Assembly: GCA_001643675.2 (NCBI GenBank)
Contig: LSRY02000011.1
Location: forward strand, 558,001 to 622,000
Reading direction: 5' to 3'
Source of the DNA: Monocercomonoides exilis PA203
Taxonomy: Eukaryota; Protista; Preaxostyla
Length of the DNA: 64,000 nt
Shown: positions 36,501 through 50,400 of the stretch, one piece after another
How positions within the stretch are numbered: the first letter of the stretch is position 1
How the letters are laid out: every line of letters starts with the position of its first letter
The notes under the pieces: generated by a model
The model's database searches: none
What the model was told of the DNA's origin: nothing
The model's input: only the letters and a program-made list of their open reading frames with translations
Translations under genes and position numbers: made by a program

Positions 36501-38053
36501 ACAGCCCCAGAAAATCAGTATGAAAGGAGCAATATACAAGAGAATTGTTCATGACATTTACGATAGAATTATAAATGTTATTGCTAGAGCATAATGAGAA
36601 AAGAAATACCAAGGGCTTTTCCTATTTTTGAGTGGACATCCACTTTTTCATTTTGTACAACAACTCCAGCCATGAAAAGGCCTATTTTGAGAGCTTTGAG
36701 TTTGATCAATATCCCACATATAGATAAATGAAGCTTAATTCAGATTCTTTATGTTGTGCTTTCATTTGTCATTTTTAATTGTGCTTAACTTTTTCAGTAA
36801 TTACGTTTTAAGAATAAATGGATAGTGTATTTCTTTTGAGAACATTATTCATTCACTTGTTTTTCTTTTGATGAATCTGTGTTTCAAAAATCATTTCTAT
36901 CAAACATTTTAAACGCAAAAATAGACGAGCATACATGTTAAACGACGATGAATAGAATGAATAATTTATTTTTATCATAAATCCGAAACAAACACAAAAC
37001 AATGAAGATGATTTTTCAAAAGTGAATTCCAACAAAGAAATTCCATTTTGCGGCTTATGCAAGTTGTGGAATGAAGAAGGAAAAGCATAAATCTCATGAC
37101 CGATAAAGATGCATTTGTCAGAAAAGGAGAATTGCAATTCATTTGACGGAAATACATTTTGATTTTTGGGGAAGTGACAAAGAATCCAGCGGCAATCAAA
37201 GGTTTGATGAAAGAAGGTGGTCAGTGGTTTTGAGTTCGAGGAAATGTGAGAACTGGAAAATGAAGAAAGCCAAGCGGATTTGCGCTCCCGTGCAACTTTT
37301 AGCTCTTTCGAACATTCACAAAAGAAACATGTAACAGAAACGAGAAAACACAAAGCGAAAGGAGGCAGAAAGAGAGCTATTCGACAATTTGAAAAAGAAG
37401 GACAGTTTTAAAGCACTATTAAATTTTCAATTATTTGAATTTCTTGTTCGCTTTCTCGAGGAGGCCTGAAACATTTTGACTGAAGGCTTTGTGTTTGTCA
37501 GAGAGGAATGCTCCGCTTGTAGTCATGCCTTCGAAATCATTATCAATTATGACAAACTGGACATTTGCTTTGCTCTCCACATGAAAATTTGTTTGAAAGA
37601 GAAGAGAATTAATGAACAAAATTCAACTTAACTTGCAAAATTGATATTGAATTCATATAATAATCTCTATAAGAAATTCATTTTTTAACCCTCATTCACT
37701 CACCGACTCACTTTCTTTCTTTCTTTCTATTTTATATATATATTTTTAAAAATTAGTAATTATTAAAAAGGAAATTAAAGAAAAAAATTTTCTAAAACTG
37801 ATTTAATTGAACATTTTCAAAAAAAATTTTTTGATTGAATATTCAAATTTTGATAAATCTAACAACAAGAACGTTATTCAAAAAATGGAGAGTTTTTTTT
37901 TTATTCTTTGTGAAAACGAATAAATGACCATAATTTAATGTTAACGATAGAAAAAGTGAAATCTTCAAAGTTCCTTTTCTATTTATGATCTCTCGTTTTA
38001 ATTTTTTAACATCATTTATCAACATAAGTTTTGGAAACTTGATTATAAAGGTA

Positions 38054-41000
38054 ATGCACCATTTCGTTTTCTTTTCTTATTGATAATCTGTTTTCAATGA
38101 TTTAAATGCTATTTAATGCTTTTCTACTGTCGCATTTTAAATAATTGATGCAAATACTTTAGTTCTTGATAATACTTTTCAATGGATTACTTTCTCAAAA
38201 TATTCATCTTCAATTTTATGAAGCTTCAAATATCGAATCAACTCTAACTATTTCCAATTCTTCAATCAATTTTATATCAACGCATCATCTTTTTGATAAA
38301 AGTTTAACAGCAATTTTTCTTGATTCTCGATCTACTTGCTATTTTCATGGATGCTCAATAATTTCTTTATCAAGTCAAAATCAGCCATTCTTGAAGGCAA
38401 AAGGAAGAATAAATCTGAATAATTTTACTGTGGTGGCCCCAAACATCAAAAACAAGCGTGCTTTTTTCCCGAGTTTGATCTCAACCTCGAGTACAACAGA
38501 AATTTTTATAACTTTTACGAACTTGGAAAATTATAATGTTATTGGTTCCGGAAGCGTTTTCAGAAAGGGAGAATGTTTTTCCGAAGTAATATTTCAATCA
38601 GAAATATCAAACATAAGCACTGGATCGGAAAAAGATAATCGTTCAAAACAGAACATGAACACTTTCACAAGTGAATTGAAGAACTGCCATATAAGAGATT
38701 CAATAAATGTTCTTGAGGGAATGATAACATGTGGCACTCGGAATTCTTATTCGTTCGAAGCCTTCAACTCTTCATTTATACAAAATTATAGAAAAGACAA
38801 TTTGTTGGAAGCAAAAGAACGCGTGGACACACCTAATTCTGCATCGTTTTCGTCATGCGAATGGGACGGCTGTAGCTCAACGAAAGGTGGAGGAATATTT
38901 TGCCACGATAACTTTCAAGCGGATCTGAAAGTGGAAAGTTCGTCTTTTGTGTCTTGCAAAGCTACTTCCTCTAGAGGAGGTGGAATATACGCTCTGAATA
39001 TTGGAAAGTGCTTGATATATCAAACAAACTTCTCGTTATGCACAGCATCTGGGATTTTTACGGATCACGGAGGTGGCGGAGTCCAGATTGAAGAGGTGAC
39101 AACACAGCATATCTTTGAGAACTGTATTTTTTCCAACAACGGCGCTTCTAACGATGGCGGTGGAGCATCTATTCTGAACAGCTATGCCACTATTCAAAGT
39201 GATTGTGTTCTGTTTTGTACTTTTGTCAACTGTCGCTGTAACAACACGCTTAATGGGAATGGAGGTGGGCTGGAGCTATGGGGAGCACAAACCCCAGCAG
39301 TTGTGAGAAGCTGCCTGTTCCATAAGTGCACCTCTGGAACTGGAGGCGGTGGTGTGACTGTGGAGATCTCCACTTACAACAGAGTCACTGTTCTCTTTTA
39401 TTGCTTCTTCCACTTGAACACAGCTTTGACTGCTGGCCTGGACGCGGTGCTGTTTGGCGGCGGAGATGTGAACAGGATCGATCCAAGTTGCCGAAGCACA
39501 TCCACAAGCAGCAATCGAGTCTCCAAGACGTATGCAGTGGACTATGGATTAGGGAGCTGGCTGCCTTGCCAAGGTGGAAGAACACGGTTTGTGGCGTCGC
39601 CTTCCTATCAGTCTGAAGCTGCCAATCGTGTTCAGTGCGGATTCGATCCACAGAAGCCATGCGCGTCAATCAACTTCTGTATTTCGCAGATGATCCCGTT
39701 TATTGTGAATGAGCTTGTTATTGACTCCAGCGTCTTTGTTCAAAATGAAGGTATAATCCTTGATTCCACTTTTTCCATTGAAGGGAAAAGCAAAGCTGGT
39801 ACGCTTCTTCAATGTGAGTTTTCTGAGGAAGGTACTCCGCTGATTACTGTGGATGAATGCACTTTTGCAGTGAAGCATATTTCTATTCGTCAGGATATAT
39901 CCATTACAAGTAATTGCAAATCTCCGTTGTTAGATGCCAAGAAAAACTGTGATGTGGAATTTAATGACATGGATATTTCATTTAAGATAGATGATCCTTC
40001 AGATGCGAGCGGAAGCAGCCTTCAGGCTCCGGTGTTTCGAATAGAGCACAGTGACTTATCACTGACGCAGGTGTCTGTTTCGCATCTACGATGCTTTTAT
40101 TCAGTCATTTCTCACACAGCAAGTGGAGAAGCTGCCAAGTTAACTTTTTCAAGTTGCGATTTCACTTCAATTGCTCGCAGCGAGAGCGGTGCTGCAATTG
40201 TTGATGAAAAGACAGAGCCTTTAACACTGGTTGTTGAAAACTGTGTTGTCACCAATTGTGGGTCAGATACTTCAAACGATGGAGGATCTATCAACGTTGT
40301 CGTTGGAACAGTGGGTTCTATTTCTGTCACTGGAGGACAGTTCGTTGGCTGTTATTCATCAGAAGAAACTGGAAAAGGAGGTGCAATTTGTCTGAAGCTT
40401 TCAGAAGCCGATGAGAAATTCTTGATTAATGTTGGTAAGTTTTCTGATAATATTGCTAAATATGGCTCTTCGCTATTCGTCCGTTCGCCAAATCTGGAAC
40501 TCACAGCTCTTTCTGGAAAAATCACAGGGCTGGAGTCGACCAGCACGGTGCTCACACACCAGGGCTATGACAACAACGATGAAACAGTGGCAATCCCATT
40601 GGTAAGCTTCATTATGCCGGCAACTGAGCATTTCATTTCGAGCACATCGGAGAATTTCAAGGGCTGTGGGTATGAAGTGTACCCGTGTCAGACGATGTCA
40701 TTTGTGCTTTCAGAGCAGAGGCAGTCAGTTAGCATTGTTTTAGCTGCAGACTTCGCTCTAAAGGAGGAAGTGTCAATCCAGTCGAGCAGTGTGAGTGTTC
40801 GTGGAGTGAATAACGCTGGCGATATGAGCAATCCGGAAGAAGAAGAAGAAGAAGCAACAGAGCAAATTCTGAGAGTAACCGAAAGCGGTTCAGAAAAGGA
40901 GGCAATTGTGACGGTCGAGGAAGGAGGATCTTTGGCAATGAATGGTTTTTCTTTTTTGATCCCCTTGGAGTTGCAAACACACTCATCGTTGTTTAAACAT

Positions 41001-44000
41001 GGGGGAATTGCACTGAGTTTGACAAGTATCTGTTTCAATTTTGAAACATCTGGAGGATTATTGAAATATCAAATTGCCGATGTTTTTGCTGGGAGATTAG
41101 ACATTTGCGATGCCACGTTGGATTCTCTCCAATTTTCAAAAGCGCCTTTCGTTATTTCATCAAGTTCTGAAGCGATTTTTGTGAATGGAAAGTTTTCTTC
41201 TCTAACTTCAACTGAAGAGATTGTTAAAGTTACTGAAACTATTGCTTCTGCTCGTAGCTTAACATTTAGCAGTCGACAATTTTCTTTGCAAACTGATAAT
41301 TTAACACCTGAAGTTGAATCTTCCTCTTCCTCTTCCTTTTCCTCAACAACAACAACAACAACAACTCTTCCTTTTCCTTTTGCTTCAAATCCCACTTCAC
41401 GTTTATCTTCTGCATCATCTTCGTTTCTCTTCAACAGCACAAACTTCACATCAATCACCAGATCGTCCAACGGGCCTGCTTGTTTCTCGTCAGACTCGTT
41501 TGCCGGCTGCTCCTTAGCAATTACAAACAGCGTTTTCACTGGATGCACTTGTACCCAATCTGCAAAAGGAGGCGCGCTTTATTTCTCTCTTTCTCCTCTT
41601 CTGGGAAAATTTACTGTTAATTCCTCAATAATCTCTCAGTCGGCTGCATCAGAATTGAGCGGTAAAGGCGGTGGTATATACCTCAATTGTGTCGAACCGT
41701 CACCTGAATCTTCATTTTCTACTTCGTCAACAACGCTGCCTTCGTCTTCTTCATTTTCGCGGCAAATGTTTTCTGCTTATTCTTCTCTTCCCTTTTCTCT
41801 GTGCTATTCCTACTTCTTTGAAAACATTGCCTTCTCTGGCAAAGATGTATTTATCTACTGCTCTGACATCAGCCAGCAAATCTCATCTTCGCAGTTCTTG
41901 TTGGACTACACGCAGGACTCATTCCAGCCGATTGACTCAGTCTATGGCAGAGACCTGCTGCTGGAAGAAAGTTCACCCGATGTGGATTTGACAGAGCAGG
42001 TGAAGTTTGTGCGGCACGGGCAGATATACGTCAAGAAAGGAGGCGCAGAAGACAGCATGTGCGGAACATTTGCAATGCCTTGTGGGTCACTGGATGTTGG
42101 CTTGGAGCATATCTCGACAGATATGGTTCCGATACTGATTGTCCAGGAGGAAATTGGATTTAATGACGAAATCGCACTGAGCGGAATAACTCTCAAGTCT
42201 AAAGAAGGTACTGGAACTATCTCAATGAACAGCAATTATGCAGCGTCTTCAGCCGATGCTTCGATTATCTCGACAAGCGCTGGCGTTCAATTTGACCACA
42301 TTAACGTGAAGTTTCAGATAACGTTTCAATCAGACCACTCTTCATTCCTTCAAAATAATGATGGAACTATCTCGCTGGTCTGGTGCATCTTTGATGCAGC
42401 GCAGGCTTCTCTGTCTTCAACTGCCAGCAATCCCTCAAATCAACTTTGTTCTGGCACTACAGCCATCTTTTCGTCAAATGCACAACCTTTCACCTTCTGC
42501 CTCATAAATCTCAAAGCAGGTGAGCTGGTTGTGGATAACACGAAATTCAACTCACTCCAGTTGAGCCATTCACTAATTGTGCAGTCAGCACAAACTGACG
42601 TTCATTTCTCGAATTCTGAAGTGTTCTCTTTGACGGCTCAAAGCTTTATTGAGTCTCAATCGTCTTCTGTTGCTTTGATGAATGCGACGATCAGTGAATC
42701 GCTTTTCGAAAAGGAAATAATCAACCTTGCAGATTCAGATTTCATCACATCGAAATTGAATATCAGCAAAATAACAAACGCAGTCTCTGTTCTGAGTGCG
42801 ATCAAGACACATTTGGATGTTGCAGATGTATCGCTTGATGATATCCATACAAAAAAGGATGTGTTTGTGATCAAGCCAACAAGTGCAATGAATGTTTCAA
42901 TTGAAAAAATGAAGACAAATGATGTGACTGTTGATGATGGCAGCTTCATTCTATTGGAGCAATCTGCTTCCACTTCGAGTGCTTCTATCTATTCTTCTTC
43001 TGCCTCCAATTCTGCTTTTCTGTCAAGGCGCCTTAGTCAAGGCGAGCAGAGCTTTATAGCCATTTCACTCTCAACATTTTCAGGCATCACTCTTTCAAAC
43101 TCGATTTACCCTCTTTTTGCTGCCACTCTAATCGAGCAAAGTTTTGTTGCGACAAATTGCTCGTTTGTTTCTTGTTCTTCAAGCCTCGTGAAAGGAAAGC
43201 ATTGCTTGTTCACAGAATGTTCTGATATACTTTTTGATTGTTGTGTATTTGACGGAGCAATCATGCATCTGAACGGAGCACGAAAAGGACAGACACATAA
43301 CAGCATTGCTAATAATTCAAGACAGATTTATTTTGATGATCGTATTCTGAATTCTTATCAAAGCATAAAAGGAAACAAAGACTCTGATGAAAGTGATCCA
43401 GTGAATATAAAGAAGAGTCAGCTCAATCATGATTTGTTCTTCACATCCTCAAATGAAGACGATGAAACTTTTGATTCAATCTGCAAATGGAACAGCTCTT
43501 TGGTTGATGTTCAGAACTGTAATGCTTTGATGAAAGGCACCACGTTTGCTCGTTCGTCTGTTGGAGCTCTGTCTGTTTCTGGTGGAAGAGTGGCAATTGA
43601 GAACTGCGAATTCACAGATAACAATCCGTCGTTGATGAACTACGAGTCTGCCAGAAGGAATCTTCTTTGCTCAAATTCTGGTACAATTACAATCTCCAGT
43701 CTGAAAGGGCAGGAGCATGCTGACTCCGACTCCTCTTTGTGGATTCTGAATGATGGCTGCACTTTGGATATTGCCATCAAAAAGAGACCATCGTATTATT
43801 TTATACCTGTTTTAGATCAAGTGGTTCACCAGCAAAGTGGTTCTGAGCTGCATCTCACCTTTCAAGGGCTTCTTTTTCTTCCTTGTAACATGTCTTTCCA
43901 GATTGTGCATAACACAAATGGAAACAATTCAACGAAAGAATACAATTTTGATAGCAGCACATCTTTTGTAAACGAGACTCGCATGACAGCTTCTGTCCCG

Positions 44001-44468
44001 TCTTCTGTGCTGGAGACAGCAGCTGATGAAACAGAAGTGTCTGTGTCGATCCTTTATGGCGATTCCACCCCAAAGGCATCAACGACTTATTGGAATCTGA
44101 AGAACAGAACTGTGCCTGATGTGGACCCTACACAGGGAGGAGATAACGGAAACAATGGACTTTCAAATAAGAACGCATCATGGGCTGTGACTGCGTTTGT
44201 GATTGTGCTTGTGGTTTTAATACTGACAGTGGTAGCTGTGTTGGTTGCGTTTGTGTGCAAAAGAAAGAAAAGAGTGTATGTGGACGAAACGGGACATCCC
44301 TATGGTCCTCTTCCAGAAAATGACAATTCCTTGTATTTCAGTTATATGCCAGGGATGATAGAAAATCAAGTCCCCCAGAAATACAAGGATATCGTTCGAA
44401 ATGGGAAAATAGCATATGGAGACGAGAAATTGCTGATCATTTCGAGCACAATTGATAGGGAACTTTAA
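38054..44468 (+). CDS. ~2100-aa type-I surface membrane protein with GGAI/FxxN beta-helix-like repeats and Cys modules
   Basis: Repeated GGGIY/GGAI/GGALY and FxxN/FxxC motifs, repeated CG..xxPC modules, and C-terminal TM (WAVTAFVIVLVVLILTVVAVLVAFVC) followed by KRKKR. A probable micro-exon 38054-38065 plus intron 38066-38162 gives a signal-like MHHFFLIILFNGLLS (tentative). Confidence 0.85.
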
Positions 44469-44754
44469 TATTCGCTTTGTTTATTAAAGGTTTTTGCAAG
44501 AAAATTTTAAAAAAAAATGGAATTTAATTAACACTTTACTTGATTATTCCAGATATTTTTAAACATCAATTCATTTCAAATTAATTAAGCATATTTTTTG
44601 TGGTAATTAATTATTTTTTAAGTTCAATTATAATGACGTTCTGTGTGATATTTTGAGTATTTGCATATTGCTGGTTTGATTTCCGTCTTAACCATCAAAA
44701 AGACTCTCGATGAGATTCTTTTGTTCTCTGATTTCGCTTTGAAGAAATAAATTT

Positions 44755-44900
44755 TTAATTTAATTTAATTTAATTTAATTTAATTTAATTAAATTTAATT
44801 TAATTTAATTTAATTTAATTTAATTTAATTTAATTTATTTTATTTTATTTTATTTTATTTTATTTTATTTTATTTTATTTTATTTTATTTTATTTTATTT
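44755..44900. repeat. Compound pentanucleotide microsatellite (AATTT)n then (ATTTT)n
   Basis: Directly visible. Confidence 0.95.
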
Positions 44901-45334
44901 TTATATTTTTTTCAACATTGTTTACAAATTGTTATTATTTCTGCATGTTCACTTTTTATAACCATTAAATATTTCTTAAATGCATAAGAAAAGATTGGCA
45001 AATGCTTCAAATTTTTCTTGTTTTTCGGATGAAACAACAATAAATGAAATATATTCGTTGAATACAAAATACAGAGAAACACCTCAATAATAAGGAATTA
45101 TGCGAGAACAGAAAATTTGCATTGATGCAACGAAATTTCAAAATAAAAACGCAAAGAAAAAGAATATGTTAACAGAAGTGCTAACTCAAATCAATATGTT
45201 CGCAAAAGGAAATTCAACAGTTTATAGAAAAACACAAATAAAATAATTGTTATAATGACATGTTATTTACAAAACTATCTGCAAAGATCGCAGAAGCATT
45301 TTCTTTATTAACAAATGGGGAAATTTTTTCAGCT

Positions 45335-47100
45335 TTACTGCTCTTCTGCAATATCTTCCTGAACTTCTTCTTTCTCCTTCTTTAGCTTCTTCTTCTTCTT
45401 CTTCAACTTCTTCTTTTTCTTCTTCTTCGAAGTCACAGAATTGGACATCTCCTGTGCAAAAGAAGGCGACAGAGCAACTTGGAGTTCAATATCGTCAGCA
45501 GCTGAGGAGTCGGGTGAATAGCGAGATGCCCCAGCAGAATACGAAGGAGAGTCAGCAGACTGGTCGTTGAAAGGCGAGGCAGAGTATTTCGGAGAAGGCG
45601 ACGGAGACGGGTACGGAGAAGGGGAGAACGACGAAAATGGCACAGCTGATTGCTGCTGGTCGAGTGAAGTGAATGCAGGCGAGCGGGAATTGGTTGGAAA
45701 TGGGGTGTATGAGAGCGATGTTGAAGGATGATGTAAGGCGCCTTGTGTGCTGGAAGACATAAGAGAGGAAGAAGAGTAGAATGAAGAAGAAGAAGAAGAT
45801 GATGATGATGATGATGGAGAAGGTGAATGTGTATGTGGTGTCTTCAGTGTGTCCATGGCTGTTGCTCTTCCTCCTTTGCTTTTGTATGAATTTGAAGGCA
45901 AAAGCTTTCTGAGAAAGAAAAATTACATTGAAAAGAATACCAAAAAAATCAAACAAGTTGAAAAAAGAAAGAAAGAAAAGAAAAAAGAAAAGGAAAACAT
46001 CAATTTTTTAAAATTATATGGATAAAAAGCTATAATTCACTAAGAGCAAACTTTTGTGTGCTTTTTCTCTTCTCTTCCAGCTCTACCATTCTGCTGCGAG
46101 AAGATTTCTTCTTCTTTTCGTGCATATCGATCACAGTGAAAGTCAACAAGTACACAAGAATCGGAGCCAGTGTGGTCAAAAATCTGAAGAGCGACTTTTT
46201 TGTTTCAATTTTCATGCTGTTTCAGATATGATGTTAAGATAAAAATCAAAAAATAAATTGTATTTTGAACATATAAAATGAAAATCAATATGTTTCATAA
46301 ACACAAAAAATATGAAAAAAAATAAAAATTCTAACCAGTTTCTCGAAACAGAACAGTTTCACACAGAAAAATATAGTGAAAATAAAGCAAATCATACCAT
46401 CCATGATTGTTTGGACGCACATCACCATTCAAACATTCATATTGATCTGAATCCGAAACAATAAAGCCCGGAACAAGAAAGAACATCAGCTGCAGGACAA
46501 GATTAATCAGAAACATCATATTTAATGTGATCATAAGCAACAGGAACAGTTTCAATCGCTTTCGAAATTGCCCATATGAAGTTCCTTTGCCCATTTTTGG
46601 AACTTTACGAAGAATTAAAAACAGTGCTACAATTATTGAAAGTGTTGTAACCCAGTAAAATGTTCCCATTAGCATATAGCGTACTATTGTCATCGAAAAA
46701 ATGCTTGTGCTTCCAAATGGCTCAACGAAAGCTCCAACAATCATAAAAATATTTAGACCAATGAATAAAATCCAGATTATGCAATTAAATAGCATTTTCA
46801 TGCACCTCGATTTTTTTGCAAGAGAAGGTGAAATGGTTGCATTCCATACTGACACAACCATCAATCCCCAAGCAATGTAGTAGCATGAATCAAATGAATA
46901 TCCACAAAGAATAAGGCCAGAAAATTCTCCGTATGGAAAAGGAATAAGCATATTTACCATTAAAAATAAAGCGCACATAAAATGGACGCAAAGTATTGCA
47001 ACTTTGAATGTGTTCATTGTTGAACGTTTCTTTTTGCATTCAAAAAAGATTAGGTAAAACGATAGGAGCAAGCAAATCAATGTTAGGAAACACAGAATAA
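45335..47100 (-). CDS. Multi-pass membrane protein with Ser-rich/Lys-rich cytosolic tail (exons about 46340-47030, 46075-46220, 45335-45907); 5' end unresolved
   Basis: Five or more hydrophobic helices in ORF 46331..47080, one more in 46030..46215, then the polar ORF 45335..45901, separated by AT-rich intron-like gaps. Confidence 0.65.
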
Positions 47101-47497
47101 ACGGTCCAGGATTTGCTGTTCCATGAATTGCTTTAGCAAAAGAATTAGTTTTAATATATGAATACTTTCATAAAAATATAGCTTCATACGAAGACAACGA
47201 TTGAGAAGTTCGAATTGAACCTCATGCTGAATTCCATCATTCTCAGAAACTTGCCTTGGTAATTTCATGCAGCGTAGCACCTCAATGTTTGAAAGAAATC
47301 AACACAATGTGAATATAAGTAGCAATGATTCTAATTATTTGTTTCAAAAAAATAGGAAATAATTTTAAGTAGAAATTCGTTTAAACAAGTTTCTACATAC
47401 AAATTGAAGAAATATATTCTGCTGCAAATTAATGTTGAAGTGTTAGTAATTTGAAAACTCCAGTTCTTTTTTTCTCTGATCAAAATAACCATCACCC

Positions 47498-50400
47498 ATG
47501 GACGATACAGTCTCTGTTAAAAGTCAAAAATCCATCAAAATCAGTACATTAGAAGATTTTGACGATCATGCCAGAAGGATTGTATTTTCTCCTCGTTCTA
47601 AAGAAGCTAGTACGTAGTTATTTCTGCTTTTTCAGTATCTTAAGAGAATAATAATTGTTTTTTGCTTTTTAATTTTTCGTTTATTAATAAACAAACAAAT
47701 CAAAACAAAATTAGTGGAGCGAGAAGGAATTGTCGCTGATGAATTGATATATAAACCAGTTGAAGCTTTTCAAGGTGCTAACATCAAAAAGGAATTTGCT
47801 CAAATGAAATTTGAGCATTACGAGTCTCAAAGGCAAGGTAAGTGGCTTTAGTTTTTTTATTTGGTAGAAAAGTTTCTTTTATATGGAATCTTTTTCAACT
47901 TTTCATGAAAAGGAAAAATTGACCTTTTAAGGCAGATTCGACAAGTTGTCATTCAAGAGCAAGAAGGTTCACAAGGATCTACTGTTGAAACGAAAGAGAA
48001 AACCGACAGGCAACTTGAGATTGAAAGTTTGTCCATAGTTAAGTTTCATTTATAATTTTTTCTCTCTCAAAATTTTGAACAAATTATTAAATATTCTTAG
48101 TGCAAAAATTGGAGAGGGCCAGACAACGAAGAGAACTTGAAATGCAAAAATTAATGGAGCAAAATCGAAAAATTGCTGAAGAAGAAAAAGAAGAGCAACG
48201 AAAAGCCGAAGAAGCAAAGAAAGAAGCCGAAAGACAAAGGATAATGGCAATAAAAGAAAGAAAGAAAGCAGCAGAAGAAGCCGTGTGAACAATCTTTTAA
48301 TTTTCGTTGATGCATTTTTCAAATTAATTTATATATTCAATATTTTCGTATTTTTGAATGAAAAATACTATCATTTGTGGTGATATAGAAAAGATTTGAA
48401 AAGGAAAGGCGAGAACGAGAAGCGGAAGAAAAACGGAAATTGAAAGAAGCCGAAGAGAAGAGAAAGAAAGAAGACGAGGAAAGAGCAAAGCGCGAAAAGG
48501 AAAGAGAAATGGAGCTGAAGCGCTACCGCGAAGAGCAAACACAAAAGCAACTTGCCAGATTTGTGTGTTATTAGCTATTTTATTGTTACTTAGAAGAGTT
48601 TTTATTTGATACTTTATTCTTATTGCCTGTTCTTTCTGTGAACGAATTATAATTTTTGACTGTTCTATTTATCAATTTTGCGTCTGATTGTTGAATGCCT
48701 TTCTGTTCAGTATCGAGGATTGCAGCGTGTGGAAGAAGGGCGCGAAAAGAGAGAGAGAGAATTGCAGGAGCAAATAAGGCAAAAGGAAGAGAAAGAGAGA
48801 GAGAGACAGCGCAAACTGAGAGAACAAGAAGAGGCATGCGAATTGAAAATATTCTCAATGAAATGATTTTTTTTTTTTTTATGATACTATTTTATTGATG
48901 ACTTATTTATTCTCTTTGATTAATTTTGACACTCACTTCAATGAAATGTGGTGAATGTTTCCAACTTACAGAGACGGCAGCGCCATTTGGAGGAGATGCG
49001 AGCGGAGGAAAGAGCGAAGATTGAGCGGGCGTATCAGCAGCAGGAGGAGCTGGCGCGGATGAAGCAGAAGCAGCAGATGGAGCAGATCCGCAAGGCTGAG
49101 CAGCAGATGGAGGAGCTGAGGAAGAAGAGGGAAAGAGACAGGATGGAGACGGAGAGGAAGGCGAGGGAGAAGCAGGAGGAGATTGAAAGGGCGTTTCAGA
49201 GGATGCAGGAGAAGGAGCAGGAGAAGAAGATGGAGGCGATGAGAAAGCAGAGGCAGGTTGAGGAGCACAAGAAGGAAATGATGAAGAAGCAGAGAGAGGA
49301 AGAGAAGAGAAAGAGGTGTGTGATAATTGATGGAAATACAGAAAATGTTGTTATTTGTGATGGAAATAGACTTATTTAATGTAATTATTATTGTTCTTGT
49401 ATTTATGAAAGAATGCACTTAATATTTTTAGCTTTTTGGATTGATTATTTTATTATCTGTTCTATTTTTAATTTTAATTTTTTTTTTCCAAACTTGACCG
49501 GATTCTTCAGAGAAGAAGAGATGAGAGCAGAAGAGCATCGTCAGATGATTCTGCGCAAGATGCAAGAGACCGAAGAAGAGAAAAGAGAACGAAGGAAAAG
49601 AGAACAAGAAGAGAAGGAAAAAAGGAGATTGCAGGCAGAAGAAGAAAGAGAACTGCAGCGGCAAAAGAAGTTGCTGAAAGAAAAGATGGACGAAGAAGAC
49701 AGACTTTATCAAATAAAGCGGTATGATACTGAAAATGGAATATAGTTATTTCTTTGAAAACTGTGATGTTGTTTTTTTTAATGTCTATTATTGACTTTTG
49801 TTTGAATGTTTATTATTTGATTGTTATTTTTCATTTGTTTCTGAACAATCAATTTATTTATTCAACATCTCATTTATTGTTTCACATATTTCTTTGAATA
49901 TCTCTCTTTTTCTTTTCTTTTTTTTTTCCATCATTCCCTTCTCTTTTTCTCTTTTTCTCTTTTTCTCTTTTTCTCTTTTTCTCTTTTTCTCTTTTTCTCT
50001 TTTTCTCTCTCTTTCTCTCTCTATAACTCCTTTTTAACAAGCACCCAACGTGTGCAAGAGTATCAGCGCCAGAAGAAGATCCAGAAGATGCTCGACGACG
50101 AGAGGCGCACAAAGGAATTTCTAGCGGAGCGCGAGCGGATGACAAAGCAGCGGGCCGCATTCAACAAGGAAAGCGCGCTGGAGAAAGAGCGGATGAACCA
50201 GCTGATCTACCAGATGAAGGTGACCAACAAGATCAACCCGACTCTTTTAGCTTCTTCCTCCACGCAGATGGAACGCACTCTGCGGTCGCGCTCTTCCACC
50301 CCTCTTTCTCCTTCTTCCCGGTCTGTGCATTCGTATAATTCGACGTCTGCGCAGAGGGGATATGGAGGCAGAAGGGCGTCCAGTGAAAGAGACAGAGGGA

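Noticed and set aside
36700-37660. Short minus-strand ORFs upstream of CDC25
   Set aside because: I could not build a consistent spliced model or recognise a domain; they may be 5' exons, UTR or noise.
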